Notes under the pieces: generated by a model
Database searches by the model: none
Seen by the model: only the letters and a program-made list of their open reading frames with translations
What the model was told of the DNA's origin: nothing
DNA from: Chiloscyllium plagiosum
Taxonomy: Eukaryota
Assembly: GCF_004010195.1 (NCBI RefSeq)
Contig: NC_057719.1
Location: forward strand, 57,078,311-57,142,310
Length of the DNA: 64,000 bases
Direction: 5' to 3'
Made by a program: the position numbers and the translations under genes
In this document: piece after piece, positions 37,550 through 51,515 of the stretch
Position numbering within the stretch: position 1 is the first letter of the stretch
Layout of the letters: each line of letters begins with the position of its first letter

Positions 37550-39580
37550 TAGAAACTTCAGGGGTCTGAGCAACATGGACTATGGCAAGATCTGTGGCAG
37601 AATTGGCTGGGAAGTCTGGTGAGACCTATCTCAATATTGAGAGCTCTTGCTGCATATTTTATGCAATCGCTAAACCGTGAGGTGAGCTGCTAATTAAGGG
37701 CATTGTGGCTTGTTAGACATCTCATTAACAATGCAACTCACCTCATGAATATTCAGCTTCCTATCTTACAAAACTTGCTGAGCAAGCTAGAGATTCTGAG
37801 AATTCTGACATGGAAGTCAGAGCGGAAGTCAAGCTGGTGACCTCAGCTTGTATGTCAAGGGCACGATCCACATGCAACCCAAAGGTTTGGCCATGGTCAT
37901 TTGTCTGCTTGGGCTGGGCATGGCCAGGATTTGTCTGACTCCAGTCTGGGGAGTGGGCAATGGCCCCTCCTGTAGGGTTAGCACCAGCAGTTAGGGGAAT
38001 CATGCATTGTCCATGAGGAAGTTGCAAACACAGCCATCAGGTCTGGTCAGTCAGGTCCAGGGGCTGGTCATCAAAGGTCAGGAGTCATTACAGGCTTGGG
38101 GTCAGTCTGCTGATCATTTAGGAGGGTGGAATGGAGTTATGTCGGGCAACAGGGACATCACTGCTGAAAAGGTGTGATAGAAGGCAAGGATGGTTGGGTA
38201 TGCTGAAGTGTTTGTAAAACTGAGGACAAGTATGGTCATGGGATATGGGGGAACTCCAAGTGTTGAGGAATTGGAGGAACAGTATTGGGGAGCATGATGG
38301 GGTATGGGCATGGGGGTCATTTATTGGGTTTAGAGGGCTAGGGTGGGCATCACTAAGTGTAATGCAAGGCTCAGCAGTTAGAGAAGATAGTCATAGCCAA
38401 AGTTCAATGTGGTGTGTCTACACACGGGGATGGAGGAAAGATGTGAAATTGATGGGGGAAATGGGCTGTCAGGGTGATGCAGAGACATGGTTGCTCAGTT
38501 AGGGGGCGACCTGGTGGCCAGGCAGAGCCCAGTGCTGGCAGTATGCACCAGCAGCTGCATTCCCTGTCATCACTTGTATCTCTAGATGTGAAATACAACT
38601 GGAAAATAGTTGGAACAATATCCAGAGTAGGTAGTCAGTGTCACTCTGATAGGTGAAAGCGTGGGATTCATGTCTGCTGGAGACTAGGGCATTGAAGAAG
38701 CAAGTAGATGAAGCATGGGATTATATTTACAATCATTTTGACACCCATTTACTATGTCTGCAGAGTGAAGATGCTCAGGGTTCAAATGGAAGGTCAAAAG
38801 TGATTTACACCATGCCATTGGTGTTTGCAAATTGAACTTGGACATCTCAATGATGCTGAAATTAGCGCTGAATTAAAATGATGTGAGTGCTGGCCAAAGG
38901 AGAACCATTACTTGTGCAAATCCCAAGGGTGCTATGGGAGTTGGAGATCATCTCTTTATCATCTGTCATGTAAGTTTAAAAATGGTCTGTACTGAATGCA
39001 TTGAGATGTTAAATGGTTGATGTGGGTCTGGGATAAGAAGAGGGTAGGGACACAGCTGGCACTGCTTTTTGATTCAGTGTGCTGGTCTCTCAGCCAGTAT
39101 GGCACGTTTACAAAGTTAGTGCAGATGTTGAGGATAAAGCTGAATGAACAATGGAAATATGACCCACATTATCAGGGTGCAGCATATCCTCACTGATGCG
39201 GAGCACAGATACACTGCTACTCATGTTTTGCACAGGGCCATGGTGGATTACACTCTGGGTCTGCTGAAGATATGGTTCCACTGCTTGAACCGTCTGAAGA
39301 GGCACTCCAGTATATAGTGTGCCCCAACATCCTGATGTGCTGGAGCAGGCAGCGAGCTGATGTGAGGGATACTGAAGATACTGGAGGAATGGGAGCAGGC
39401 CTCCTAGTAGGGGGATGAAGACATTAGAGAGTTGGAAACTATCCTTATCCATGACAGACCTCAGTTGCATTGGGTGCTATAAGTCAGATAGAACTTGATT
39501 CATCTGTTCCAGTATATGAGTGCTGGCTACAGCAGCAATTGTGGACTATCAAATTGTCAATGGTCATGATGACAGATTTG
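37550..39580 (+). mobile_element. Decayed PIF/Harbinger transposon relic
   Basis: 39189-39315 reads LTDAEHRYTATHVLHRAMVDYTLGLLKIWFHCLNR..ALQY, matching the HARBI1-type C-terminal motif (xxYNxxHxxxRxxIExxxGxLKxRFRCL..LQY); outer bounds are uncertain. Confidence 0.65.
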
Positions 39581-39654
39581 TATTGAATTGTATTGTGTAA
39601 TCTTTAATACCTACTTCCCATTATCCCCTCCCACCCCCTGGGCTTTATGCTGCC

Positions 39655-39830
39655 AACTCTCCACCACCCACTGCCTGGTTATGCCCCACCTCCCAACCAC
39701 CCACTGCCTGGTTATGCCCCCACCTCCCCACTACCCACTGTCTGGTGTATGCCCCCACTGCCTGGTTATGACCCCATCTCCACACCACCCACTGCCTGGT
39801 GTATGCCGCCTGCTTCCCACTACCCACTCA
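39655..39830. repeat. Degenerate ~33-bp minisatellite
   Basis: About 5 copies of CACCACCCACTGCCTGGTTATGCCCC. Confidence 0.8.
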
Positions 39831-40029
39831 CCATTCTTTACCTCCTGCCCTTCATATCATGTTCCCTGGCTCTCACCACCCACTGTTCATCGCCTACTAG
39901 TTACCATCTGCTCCACCTGCCTTCTCCCCACCTTCTATTCTCCAACAGCTACTCCCCTCCACCTTTTCCCCCATCTGCTCTCCATCACTTACTCCTCTCT
40001 GCCTTCCCCCTGTCAGTTCTCCATGAACT

Positions 40030-42308
40030 GTGTCAGATCTCGCAGTGGGAGAGCACTTTAGTGACAGTGATCACAACTGCCTCACATTTAGCATAGCCTT
40101 GGAGAGTGAAAGGAGCAGTTACCGAGGGAAGGTATTTTATTGGGGAAAAGGAAATTATGACGCTATCAGACAGGAGTTGGAAAGTACAGACTGGGAGCAA
40201 TTGTTCCACAGAAAGGGCACAGCAGACATGTGGAGACTATTTAAAGAGCAGTTGTTGCGAGCGATGCACAAATTTGTTCCTCTGAGACAGGTAAGAAGTG
40301 GTAAGATTAAGGAAACTTGGATGACGAGAACAGAGGAGCTTCTCGTCAAAAGGAAGAAGGCAGCTTACGTAAGGTGGAGGAAGCAAGGATCTAGCACAGC
40401 TTTAGAGGATTACAGGCTTGCTAGAAAGGAGCTCAGAAATGGACTGAGAAGAGCCAGGAGGGGGCACGAGAAAGGCTTGGCAAGAAGGATTAGGGAGAAC
40501 CCAAAGGCTTTTTACTCATACGTGAGTAATAAGAGAATGATCAGGGAGAAGGTAAGGCTGATCAGGGATAGCGGAGGGAACTTGTGCGTGGAGGCTGAGC
40601 AGATAGGGGAAGCCCTAAATGAGTTTTTTGCTTCGGTTTTCACCAAAGAAAGGGAACTTGTTGTAAATGAAAACTTAGAGGAGCTGGGATACAGTCTTGA
40701 CCAGATCAAGATTGATGAAGCTGATGTGCTGGAAATTTTGGAAAACATTAATGTTGATAAGTCCCCAGGGCCACAACAGATTTATCCTAGGCTGCTCCGG
40801 GAAGTGAGAAAGGAGGTTGCTAAGCTGCTGGCGAGAATATTTGCCTCCTCACTCTCCACGGGAGTCGTAACGGAGGATTGGAAGGAGGCGAATGTTGTTC
40901 CTCTTTTCAAGAAGGGTAATAGGGAAATCCCTGGCAATTACAGACCAGTCAGTCTTACGTCTGTGGTCAGCAAAGTTGTGGAAAGAATTCTGAGGGATAG
41001 GATTTATGAGTATTTAGCAAAGCATAGTGTGATTAAAGGAAGTCAGCATGGCTTTGTGAGGGGCAGGTCTTGCCTCACAAATCTTATTGAGTTCTTTGAG
41101 GAGGTGTCAAGAAAGGTCGACAATGGTAGAGCAGTGGATGTTGTGTATATGGACTTCAGCAAAACATTTGATGAGTTTCCCATTGGTAGGCTCATACATA
41201 AAGTCAGGAAGTATGGGATACAGGGAGATTTGGCTCTCTGGATTCAGAATTGGCTGACTGACAGAAGGCAGAGACTGGTTGTAGATGGAAAATATTCTGC
41301 CTGGAGGACAGTGTTGAGTGGGGTCCCGCAGGGTTCTGTTCTTGGGCCTCTGCTCTTTGTAATTTTTATAAATGACTTGGATGAGGAGGTTGTGCGGTGG
41401 GTAAGTAAATTTGCAGATGACACACAGGTTGGAGGTGTCGTCAATAGTATAGAGGGCTACTGCAGGCTGCAGCGTGACATAGACAGGATGCAGAGCTGGG
41501 CTGAAAAATGGCAGTTGGAGTTCAATCTGGATAAATGCGAAGTGATGCATTTTGGAAGGTCAAAATCGAATGCTGAATTTAGGATTAAAGACAGGATTCT
41601 TAGCAGAGTGCAGGAACAGAGGCATCTGGGTGTGCAAGTACATGGATCCCTCAAAGTTGCCACTCAAGTGGATAGGGTTGTTAAGAAAGCATATGGTGTT
41701 TTGGCTTTCATTAACAGGGGGATCGAGTTTAAGAGCTGCGAGGTTTTGCTGCAGCTCTACAAGTCCCTGGTGAGACCACACTTGGAATATTGTGTCCAAT
41801 TCTGGTTGCCTTACTATAGGACAGACACAGAGGCTTTGGAGAGGGTGCAAAGAAGGTTTACCAGGATGCTACCTGGACTGGAGGGCTTGCCGTATGAAGA
41901 AAGGTTGATTAAGCTTGGACTTTTCTCTCTGGAGAGAAGGAGGAAGGGAGGAGACCTGATCGATGAGGGGAATAGATAGAGTCAATAGCTTTTCCCCAGG
42001 GCAGGATTGATTGGTACAAGAAGTCATAGTTTGAATATATTAGGAGGATGGTATAAAGTAGACATCAGAGGTAGGTTCTTTATGCAGAGAGTTGTGAATG
42101 CATAGAATGCGTTGCCAGCTGTGGTGGTGGAAGCAGGGTCATTGGGAACATTTAAGCGACTGCTGGACATGCACATGGATAGCAGTGAGTTGAGGGGTGC
42201 ATAGGTTAAGTTACTATATTTTACATTAGGATTAGGTCTTGGCACAACATCATGGACCTAAGGGCCTGTTCTGTGCTGCACTTTTCTATGTTCTATGTCT
42301 ATGTTCTA
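40030..42308 (+). mobile_element. Young 5'-truncated CR1 LINE; ORF2 open for 649 codons (40030-41979)
   Basis: SDHN (end of endonuclease), NYRPVSLTS, YMDFSKTFD, GVPQGSVLGP, FADD; small deletion near 41962; TTCTATG tail. Confidence 0.97.
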
Positions 42309-44671
42309 AGTACTGCCTTCTGCCATTTACCTCCATCTGCTCCCCATCAAATATTCCCCTCTGCTTTTTCCCCATCTGCTTTCTACCACCTACTACCCAT
42401 TGCCCATTCCCTGCTCCTGTTGCCCATCCCATTGCCTGCTTCCTCTGCTCTCTTTTGCAGGGAGTGTGTAGGAGTAGGGATGAGTAGCAAATGGAGCGAT
42501 GAGTGGAGAGCACAGTGAAAGGCACAGGAGGAAGAAAGGGCAGCAGAAGGTGCTGAATATATGGTTATAGGGAGGGAGCAGGGCATTGTAGGTTGCAGCA
42601 AGTATATGTTCTTTTCTGTTTTTATTAGATTGCATCATCTTTGATGCTGATATCTGCCTGCAACATCTCAGGCACTGGCACAGCTTATGTGGGGAGTGCG
42701 CCCTCTGCAGTTACATTATCAGTATCATCAGCCTTGACTATTTATTACTTGTAAAATATTTTTAAAATATTTATGCTATCCACTAATCAATCCCTTATAT
42801 TCTCAACTTGATCCTTTTATTTTCTTTTTATATTACTTTGACACCTTTCAGCCGTACTATGATTCTCTCCTGTAATATTGATCTTATAATTGCCTCAAGA
42901 CTTCTTTTGCTGTTTTATTTTAACATCAACATCTTTAGTCATCTACAGAATTCTAGCTTTGGATACTCTTTATAACTCATGGAACTTTGTTGCCTCTATG
43001 CCAAAACAATTGCCCCTTTAAATACAACAAAAATTGAAATTACTGGAGAAATTCAGCAGGCTTGGCAATATGTGTTAACATTTTAGATGTAGCGCCAGAC
43101 CTGCTGAATTTCTTCAATAATTTCTGTTTTTATTTCAGATTTACAGCACTTGCAGTTCTTGGTTTTATTTTATCCTCTAAATATCTTCCATTGTGCAATT
43201 ACTATTTTGATCACCATTTTTTGATTCAAATCTATTGGCAAGGTTCACTTTTAATTCATTAAACGTAGTCCTCCTCCAGTTAACTATTCCTACTCTGGAT
43301 TGTACCTTGTCCATGTCTATAACTAACTTGACAACATCATAATATAGTATTCCTGTGTTCTCCATCTAAACCATACTTCACTGACCTCATTTCATTTCCC
43401 AAAATAAAATCCAGTACTGCTTCCTTCCACATTGGGTTAAAAACACAATAATCAAGGAAGTTTAACTGTATACATTTCAGGAATTACTCCCCATCTTTGC
43501 CCATTAATATCTCAGTCTGCATTAGGATGTAGATAACAAATGGCAATTGTCATAATTATTATATTTTACACTGATTCTTGAGATTTAGGAATGAGAAGAT
43601 GATTTGGGAAGGTAGCTAGCTGGGTCTCAGACGCTTACTGAGATCTTGTTGCAGACTCTCAGGAACTGAACCAAAAGATGAGAGGAAGAGGACAGCCTCT
43701 CAAGCTAAACAGACATGGATGCAAGCGATCAAGGAACTACATTGTAAAAGTGTGGTCCCTACAGTCTAATTATTATGCCTGAGGTGGGAACTTCACCTCC
43801 ATCAAATTGGATCTCTGTGTTCAATGCCTGTATCCTGTGTGCATCGTGTATATGAAGGGAAAGCAGCAACAGTGCAGGTATTGCTGCTGCTGCTCTTGCT
43901 GCTGCTGTAGGTGTTGCTGTTACTCTTTCCTCATCAGAGGTTCAGGGTACAGCTGCATAAGCTACTGCAATGATGCTGCAAAGGTTCACAGTAGGGGAGT
44001 GCAAGTAATTTGCATAAAGCCCAAGGCAGGTAAAATACCTTCTAAACAGTTGAAAATCACCAGACAAGCATATTCTCTTAACAGCTGTGAACATCAGTCT
44101 CTTAACCAACTGTGTTCTCCCAACAATGAACTCCATCTTACAGTCGTAGAGTCAGACAGCACAGAAATAGACCTTTCAGTCCAACCAGTCCATCATCCCA
44201 AATGAAACGAATCCCACCTTCCTGCTCCTAGTCCTTATCCATCCGAACCTTTACTATTCATGTATCTATCCAAATGTCTTTCAAACAATGTAATTCTTCC
44301 TCCATCTGGCTGTAGAAGATGTGGAAAAAACCTGAAAAAAAGGTGGAAATTCAGCATTTTGACAGTTGAAAAGTGTAGACAACCCATTAAGCAATACCAA
44401 TGCAGTATTTCAGTAAAACAAATTTGAGAGTTTCAAAGCAGTAAACACCATGCACCAGTCAGGTAACAGAATTTGAAGCTTTATTCCAAGAATTCAATAC
44501 AATATTGCTATAATAGAGTTTAATAGAGTGAACAAACTTTACAGTCACATAAATTAAAACTGCATTGATAAATGGAAGCATACACACTTAAAGATCAACA
44601 AATTACAAACATTACTGAAATGCTGCAGATTTTAAGTAACTTTGCAGTATAGGAGTTATATTGTGGAATTA

Positions 44672-44889
44672 CAGGTCGTTCTGCTATAACATGTGTTGCA
44701 TTAATGTGCATTCACTATAATGCATTTGACAAATTGGGCACAATGTTTCTGCAGTGCAAACTTTTGAAGTGTCTATTGATTATAACACGATTCTGGTCCC
44801 ATTAGGTTAAATTGTGCTGCTATTATGCAATTTTCTTTGAGTACAGGATTGCACGAGAATGAACTACAACGTTATGGCAGAACTGACTG
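44672..44889. mobile_element. Tc1/mariner-pogo-type MITE
   Basis: Imperfect TIRs CAGGTCGTTCTGCTATAAC / GTTATGGCAGAACTGACTG; TA on the left, TG on the right. Confidence 0.7.
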
Positions 44890-44899
44890 TGTGTGCTAT

Positions 44900-45120
44900 G
44901 AAGTTAAAAATCACACAACACCAGGTTATAGTCAAACAGGTTTGTTTGGAAGCATTAGCTTTTGGAGTGCTGCTCCTTCATCAGGTCATCACAATCACCT
45001 GATGAATGAGCAGCGCTGCAAAAGCTAGAGCTTCCAAATAAACCTGTTGGACTATAACCTGGTGTTGTGTGATTTTTAACTTTGTACACCCAAGTCTAAC
45101 ACCGGTATCTCCAAATCATT
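44900..45120. mobile_element. Palindromic PLE mini-insertion (family B)
   Basis: Inverted arms 44901-44986 and 44997-45082, each with a degenerate CTGATGA core. Confidence 0.85.
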
Positions 45121-46687
45121 TGTATGAAATGGAGCAGAAAAGCCACAGGAATAGGCAATGCTAATTCATGACAAAAGATTGCTATATCTGTGAGTATAGA
45201 TTACTTCCAGAAGATGCCCCAAAATGGGACATAGTTATAGAGCTGAGAAAAGGGGACCAGGTACCAGGGTTAAAGGATCAGAAGTTATTCAAGATAAGAC
45301 ATGTCACAGGTGGAATAACTTTTAAGGGAGTGTAGATATGCACCAAGTTTCATTGAAACACGAGGAGTGAAAGAGAGTTGAAAATGTTTCCTTGGTTCAT
45401 GATCAATACTTTTTAGCCTGCATACATGTCTCGACTTCAACTTGCTTAAGAAAGCAGGAAGAGTCCCACTTGTTTGAAGGGAACAACTGGTCCAGAAACA
45501 ATTATTGCCACCCAACCAGTCAAAGTGCAACCTGAAAAAGTTATCATTCATCTGCCTAGGCTGATGGCAGAGCTCACAAATAGGAAAGAATCTGATGAGA
45601 TGACCAATGATGACCTAAAATAAATTTTTCATATGGCTGAGAAGGAACAGTTGGCAGCAAACCTGACAGGGTCAAACAAATTCACAGAAACAAAAGTGAC
45701 AGATCCTGTGCTTCCATTTGCCAGAAATTGCTGGGATAGCTCAGCAAGTCTGGCAGCATCTGTGAGAGGGAAGCAAAGGGGTGACGGCAAAAGTGTAGGA
45801 GATGGGTTGGACACTGCTGTCACCAACGGTATTGGGGAATCCTTGGTTGAGGAAGAAGGTGGATATTTCAGAGGTTCTTCACTCAGTTGCAGACGCAGAC
45901 TGAATGACTGCTTTGACGGAGGAGTCTGGAACATTGTGCGTAAGGTACATTGTGTGAGTATGTCTGTTGCCAGCTCTCCCAATTCTGCAACTAGCCCCCA
46001 GATATTAGCTAGGAGAATTTTGCTGGGCTGAGTTGACAGGGCTGAGTTTGCCTTTGCCATCGCTGGCTCATCTGGTTTCATTTCTTTCCTGAGATATTTT
46101 TGTAATTTGATACATGGTCTGCTAGACCATTTCAGAGCACAGTTGTCGGTCTGGAATCCCATGTAGACCCGACCAGATAAGGACAGCAGATTCCCTTCCC
46201 AAAAGAGCATGAGTGAACCAGATGCATTTCCAATATTCAACAATGGTTATCCTGACATCACAGGACATTAAATTCCTTATTTTTTAAAATGTAAATTTCA
46301 GTATCTACCATGGTGAGCTTTGAACCTGGTTTCCCAGAGATGAGAAACTAGATTGAAGATCTCAATTGTGAAATCTGCAATCAAACAGGATTAACCTGTT
46401 TGGAAGGGACTTTGGCATCATTAAGATTGATTAAAAGATCAAACTCAGCAGAAGTTTTCAGGAAAGAGCAAATACTGAGTACAAGAATGAACAGAACAAC
46501 ACATTTGCACTCATTCATGAATCCATAACTGGTGTTGTTCAGACTACAGAACGGTCAATTTAAGTGATAAAGATAATGCTGAAGGATACAATTAGATAAA
46601 AGAAGCCACACTTCTCTCTTTTTTAAACCCTTCTCAGTCAGTTATAACAACTTTTAAAAAATTTCATGATATAGCTATCACACTTCA

Positions 46688-47140
46688 AATTGCTGGAAAA
46701 GCTCAGCAGGTCTGGCAGCACCTGTGGAGGGAAATCAGAGTTAATGTTTCCGGTCAAGTGATCCTTTTTCAAAATGTTAAAAATCACACAACACCAGGTT
46801 ATAGTCCAACAGGTTTATGTGGAAGCACTAGCTTTCGGCGGGGAGAATGTGCAAACTCCACACAGTCAGTCACCTGAGGCGGGAATTGAACCCGGGTCTC
46901 AGGCGCTGTGAGGCATTAGTGCTAACCACCGTGCCACCGTGCCGCCCATGTTGTGGAGTATAAGATCATAAGACACAGAATCCAACACCTGCATCTCCAA
47001 ATCACTTTTTCAGAACAGTTCTGAGGAAGGCTCAGTTGACTCGAAACGTTAAATTTGATTTGCAACCAGACCTGTTGAGCTTTTCCAGCAATTTCCTCTT
47101 TTGTTTCTGATTTATAGCATCTGCAGTTCTTTCAGTTTTA
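46688..47140. mobile_element. Nested stack: family A-like PLE > family B PLE > HE1 SINE 5' fragment (~46840-46948, minus strand)
   Basis: Outer inverted arms TTGCTGGAAAAGCTCAGCAGG / CCTGTTGAGCTTTTCCAGCAA; inner GTTAAAAATCACACAAC unit; SINE head. Confidence 0.75.
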
Positions 47141-47803
47141 CACTTTTTCAGTTAAATTTAATTAAACAGCTGACAAACCAGAAAATGCCAATTCTAAGAA
47201 AGAGTAAAGGTTGATTATCTATTACTAGACCAAAAAAAACTATAACATCTACAGATTCAGGACACAATCAAAAAGAAGAAATTGCCTGACCTGAATACTC
47301 AAGATATTGAAAACAAAATACTGTTCAAAGCAAGAAGCAATTGTCTGGTACAGAAATCCAGGATGCAGCAAGGAAGAAGGTATTTATTTCACATGATATA
47401 ATGGGATGCGTACCTGGGTTATCAGGGGAGAGTTCTGCTGCGAAGGAATTTCTGGAGATCAAAAATCCTCCAGATAAGGTAGTGCACCAACAACTACAGT
47501 TACCTGGAATGGCATCCTCCACACTGGATATCCAAGAGATAAAACATCGTGCAATGAAACAATAATCCAAAGATCATAATCAACAACAGCCCTCAAACTG
47601 AAGGTTTACTATTTTTCTAAGGCTGAATATAATGTGTTCTGGGGAAATTGTGAAATGCCCAGGCCATCTGTATTGAAGAAGTCAGAGACATGGGAGAAGC
47701 TGAATTAGTGGTAAATGCAACATTGTTACATAAAACAACATATAATGCTTAACTACGGGGAAAATATTTGTGGGGAGATATTGTATAAGGTTCTGAAGTA
47801 CAG

Positions 47804-48261
47804 TAGTTAATATCTATAGAGTGTGGTGCTGGAAAAGCATAACAGGTCAGGCATCCGAGGAGCAGGAAAATCGACGTTTTGGGCATAAGCCCTTCATCTG
47901 GAATGAGGCTTGTGGGCCAAGGGGGCTGAGAGATAAATGGGAGGAGGGTGGGGCTAGGGGAAAGATAGCTGAGAATGCAATATGTAGATGAAGGTGGGGG
48001 AGAAGGTGATAGGTCGGAGAGGAGGGTGGAGTGGATAGATGGAAAGGCAGGTAGGTCAAGAAGTTTCCCCCTCCCCACTCACCCCCAACCATTTATCTCT
48101 CATCTCCCAGCCCACAAGGCTCATTCCTGATGATGGGGTTATGCCCAACACTTCAATTCTCCTGCCCCTCAGATGCTGCCTGACCTGCTGTAGTTTTCCA
48201 GCACCACACTCTCGACTCTAATCTACAGCATCTGCAGTCCTCACGTTCTCCTAGTTAATAT
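47804..48261. mobile_element. Inverted-arm PLE insertion (family A) with 10-bp TSD
   Basis: TSD TAGTTAATAT at 47804-47813 and 48252-48261; both hammerhead cores are mutated. Confidence 0.82.
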
Positions 48262-49697
48262 TTATGTAACACTGATTTCCACCCAAATCTAATGCTATCA
48301 AACTGACTTTGGGTAGAAACAGTAGAGTTCTGTACAATTACCCAAAGGGGACAAGCTGTATTCTGTATAGCAAGAGTACTTAGAAATATCTGAAGTCTGA
48401 AGGAGGGTCACTGGAGTCAAAACCTTAACTCTGTTTTCTCATCATAGATATAGCCAGACCAACTGAGTTTCACCAGCATTTCTCTGTTTTTATTTCTTTC
48501 AAATCTCCAGCATCTGCAATTATTTGTTTTATCCTTAATAATTAAGCATGAGTAATAATGTAAACTGACCCATTGCTATCATGCAATAATCTACCTTATT
48601 ATCTAAAATAAGTGTCTCTTTTGTTTGAACTTACCAGTGCTCTATCCTTTACAACTAATAATTGATAATTAGACAGACCCAAAGCTAAGCATAGAAAAAG
48701 GAAGATTGAAGACAGTGATCCTTGAACACTATCACACGCTGGCAGCAGTGGTATCTGGAAATTCATGATATGCAACCTTTAAAATTTAAATGGCAGGATC
48801 TGGTTGACTGCCTGTGTATTCCTTACTTGGAGCATACAAAAATCACTAACATGATAATTTAACAATGTATTAAGAAATTTCAGCTTGAATTATTTGATTC
48901 CATTATGTGTCTAGCAAATAAAATCTGGCAAAAAGCTTTTACAACTATTACTTTGGGTTAAGAAGGGTGACATTTAAGCAAATATTGAAGGAAACATTTT
49001 TATCTAAAAAGACCCTCCTCCACTTTTGACAATAAATTAGATTTGATCATGCAAATCAAATGCTACTTTTGGAATGGCATTTGGTGCTGTTACTCTGATA
49101 TTTCTTGTTGGAATATATCAGTAGCACATTCTTGATAACAGTTCATCAAACCTTTATTATACATAACTGTGAGTTACAAAAGGATTGAAGGCCAGAAATG
49201 GGAACATTTTCTCTTTTATTTTGTTATCACTTGATTAAATGTCAGGCTGATCTTGAAGAAATGCTAAAATAATCAAGGCTCTCTGCCTGACTGGCTCCAC
49301 TGCATTTAATCTAAAGGAAGTGGATTCAAAGTAGGGTCAGATTAGATATTGGCTGTTCCATGATATTACCAGTGATCTAAATTGCTGCTGTAACCAACAG
49401 CCAAGGAGCCTGCTAGTGATAAAATATATAATATTCCCTGACCATCCCAGGTAAGTTCCTTAATTAACATAGAAACCTTCAAAAGAATGGAGCAAATCCC
49501 TTTCCAGCAAACATTGTGTAGACAGGTTTGATTGCTAATTTTTATATAGATAAGAAAATGCAAACTCACATTCTGAAAACATTGATCACAAGTGAAGAAA
49601 ACAAATCACGTATATATTTTTATTTTAAAAATGCCTTAATGCATGCTAGTATTAATGGAAATACATGTTGCAATCAAACAAAATAAGGTGAGAAAAA

Positions 49698-49885
49698 TAA
49701 AAATCACACAACACCAAGTTATAGTCCAACAGGTTTATTTGGAAGCACTAGCTTCAGGTGGTTGATGAAGGAGCAATGCTCTGAAAGCTAGTGTGTTTCC
49801 AAATAAACCTGTTGGACCATAACCTGGTGTTGTGTGATTTTTAACTTTGTATGCCCCAATCCAACACTGGCACCTCCAAATCATG
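49698..49885. mobile_element. Palindromic PLE mini-insertion (family B)
   Basis: Same arms as 44900-45120. Confidence 0.82.
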
Positions 49886-51515
49886 ACAGAAGTAACATTT
49901 GTAAAGTCAAATTAAAGAGGGTTTAGAAAGGTTGACCCTGAGTGATTGTGATATGGCTTGCCCTCTTTGTGAACACCAAAAGGAAATGTTATAAAACAAA
50001 GATCTGGCAAGAAACCTCAAAACAAAGGAATCTACCATAGAATCCCCTTAAAAAAATCAAATAAGTAAAAGGAAGTGTGCTGAAGATTTCAGTGTTAACT
50101 GCGTTCCTAACTCTTGAAACAATTTACTGATGGCAGGACCTAGATAACATCAGGCTTAAGTTGACAAATGACATTTGTAGATATTTTTAAGCAACCAGTT
50201 CAGATGTATTCCATAGTGACTGACAGTGATCATTGAGAACAATGGAATATCCAGCCATCTGCACGTGACTTTCAATTATATCACAAGAGTTGGGATTTAC
50301 TGTTGGCCAGTGGTTGAACAGGATCATCCATGTCAAGAGTGGGACCATCAGGAGAACCCTCATGCTGTGTTGTCTCTGACTAATGGCTCAATCCTGATGC
50401 CTCAAAGACTTTCCAAAATTCACAATACAAATGGATATACACAACTCAATAATACTTGAGATGCATTATACAATCTGAGATAAAAAAGTTAATTTGATAA
50501 TTCTCCTGTCACTGAATTCAATATTCACTGCAATAACAGGGCACTGTGGCTGTTATACAATACACTGTAGCACACACCAGAGTAACCTTAGCAGCACTTC
50601 TCTCTCCTGTGAACTCTTGCACCAAAAGAGAGATGAAATCAGCACCTTCCTGGAAACGACACCACTTTTGAATAACTTTATATGTCACAGATTATCTCAT
50701 CTTGAAAATGTAACCATCATTCATTGACTATCCTCAGTTAATACCCTGAAATTCCAAAACTAATATGCAAAAATACCATCCCCACTAGGAAGTAACTTTC
50801 ATTCTGAAAGATGTTGATTTTAGGGTTTACTTTTTTTTCACTACGTGTTTATAAGAAGTTTAAAACTTTAATGTGGAGACTCTGGTCCCTTTTCCACAAT
50901 TTCTTAGCTTGGTGGTAGATCATTGATGAATATTGATAACAGCAGTTGAGAAGCTGTGGGCAAGATAAAGAAAGGAAAAGGGGAGGAAATATCAGTGGAG
51001 AGCTCAAAGGGGAAAATATTGAGCTAATAAGAGTTAGTAGTTCACAAAAGAGGAAATGCCCCTTCAATAATGAACCATTGATGCATTAAGTTATTGATAT
51101 TTGATATGGCATTTAGCAAGTCACCAGGTAGTCATTGAAAATTAGTTCTCTTCAGTAACCATTAGAAATGTTACTCTTTTCCAGTAATTTCAAAATAATG
51201 AATTTTGGCAGCAACTGTTGGAACTAAACTGCAAAAACTATTTTGTAGCTGATTTTATTAACCTAAGCACAAAGTTTTTAAATATCTTGCATTTTCAATG
51301 TTATAGGAAAAGGAAATTATAAAAGGAGATGGATAAGTACATTAAGTGTATTTCTTTTTCCAAAGTATTCATGAGAGTAACTGTTGATATTTTGCTTTCC
51401 AGATCTGCTCTTCATCACATATGTTCCTCTCTCAAAAATACAGAAGTTGCTAAACAATGATTGCAATATTAATAAGACATAAAGTACATATTTGTTAAAC
51501 TTCCTATTAATCAAA

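Larger units (their letters stand above)
44300..47700 (+). mobile_element. Very decayed Gypsy (Mag-like) gag-pol relic fragmented by later insertions
   Basis: Faint colinear motifs: LYCGI (~44660), knuckle-like CYIC (~45180), NLFGRD..IKID (~46395), LHTGYP (~47520). Confidence 0.35.

Noticed and set aside
40030..41979. Functional 649-aa gene or active LINE
   Set aside because: 5'-truncated CR1 lacking ORF1 and most of the endonuclease; GTG start and a C-terminal frameshift.
43807..44205. Metallothionein-like poly-Cys ORF
   Set aside because: Reflects a TGC triplet repeat; non-ATG start and no conserved spacing.
47251..47565. Host exon on +
   Set aside because: Better explained as a decayed Gypsy integrase zinc-binding region (LHTGYP).
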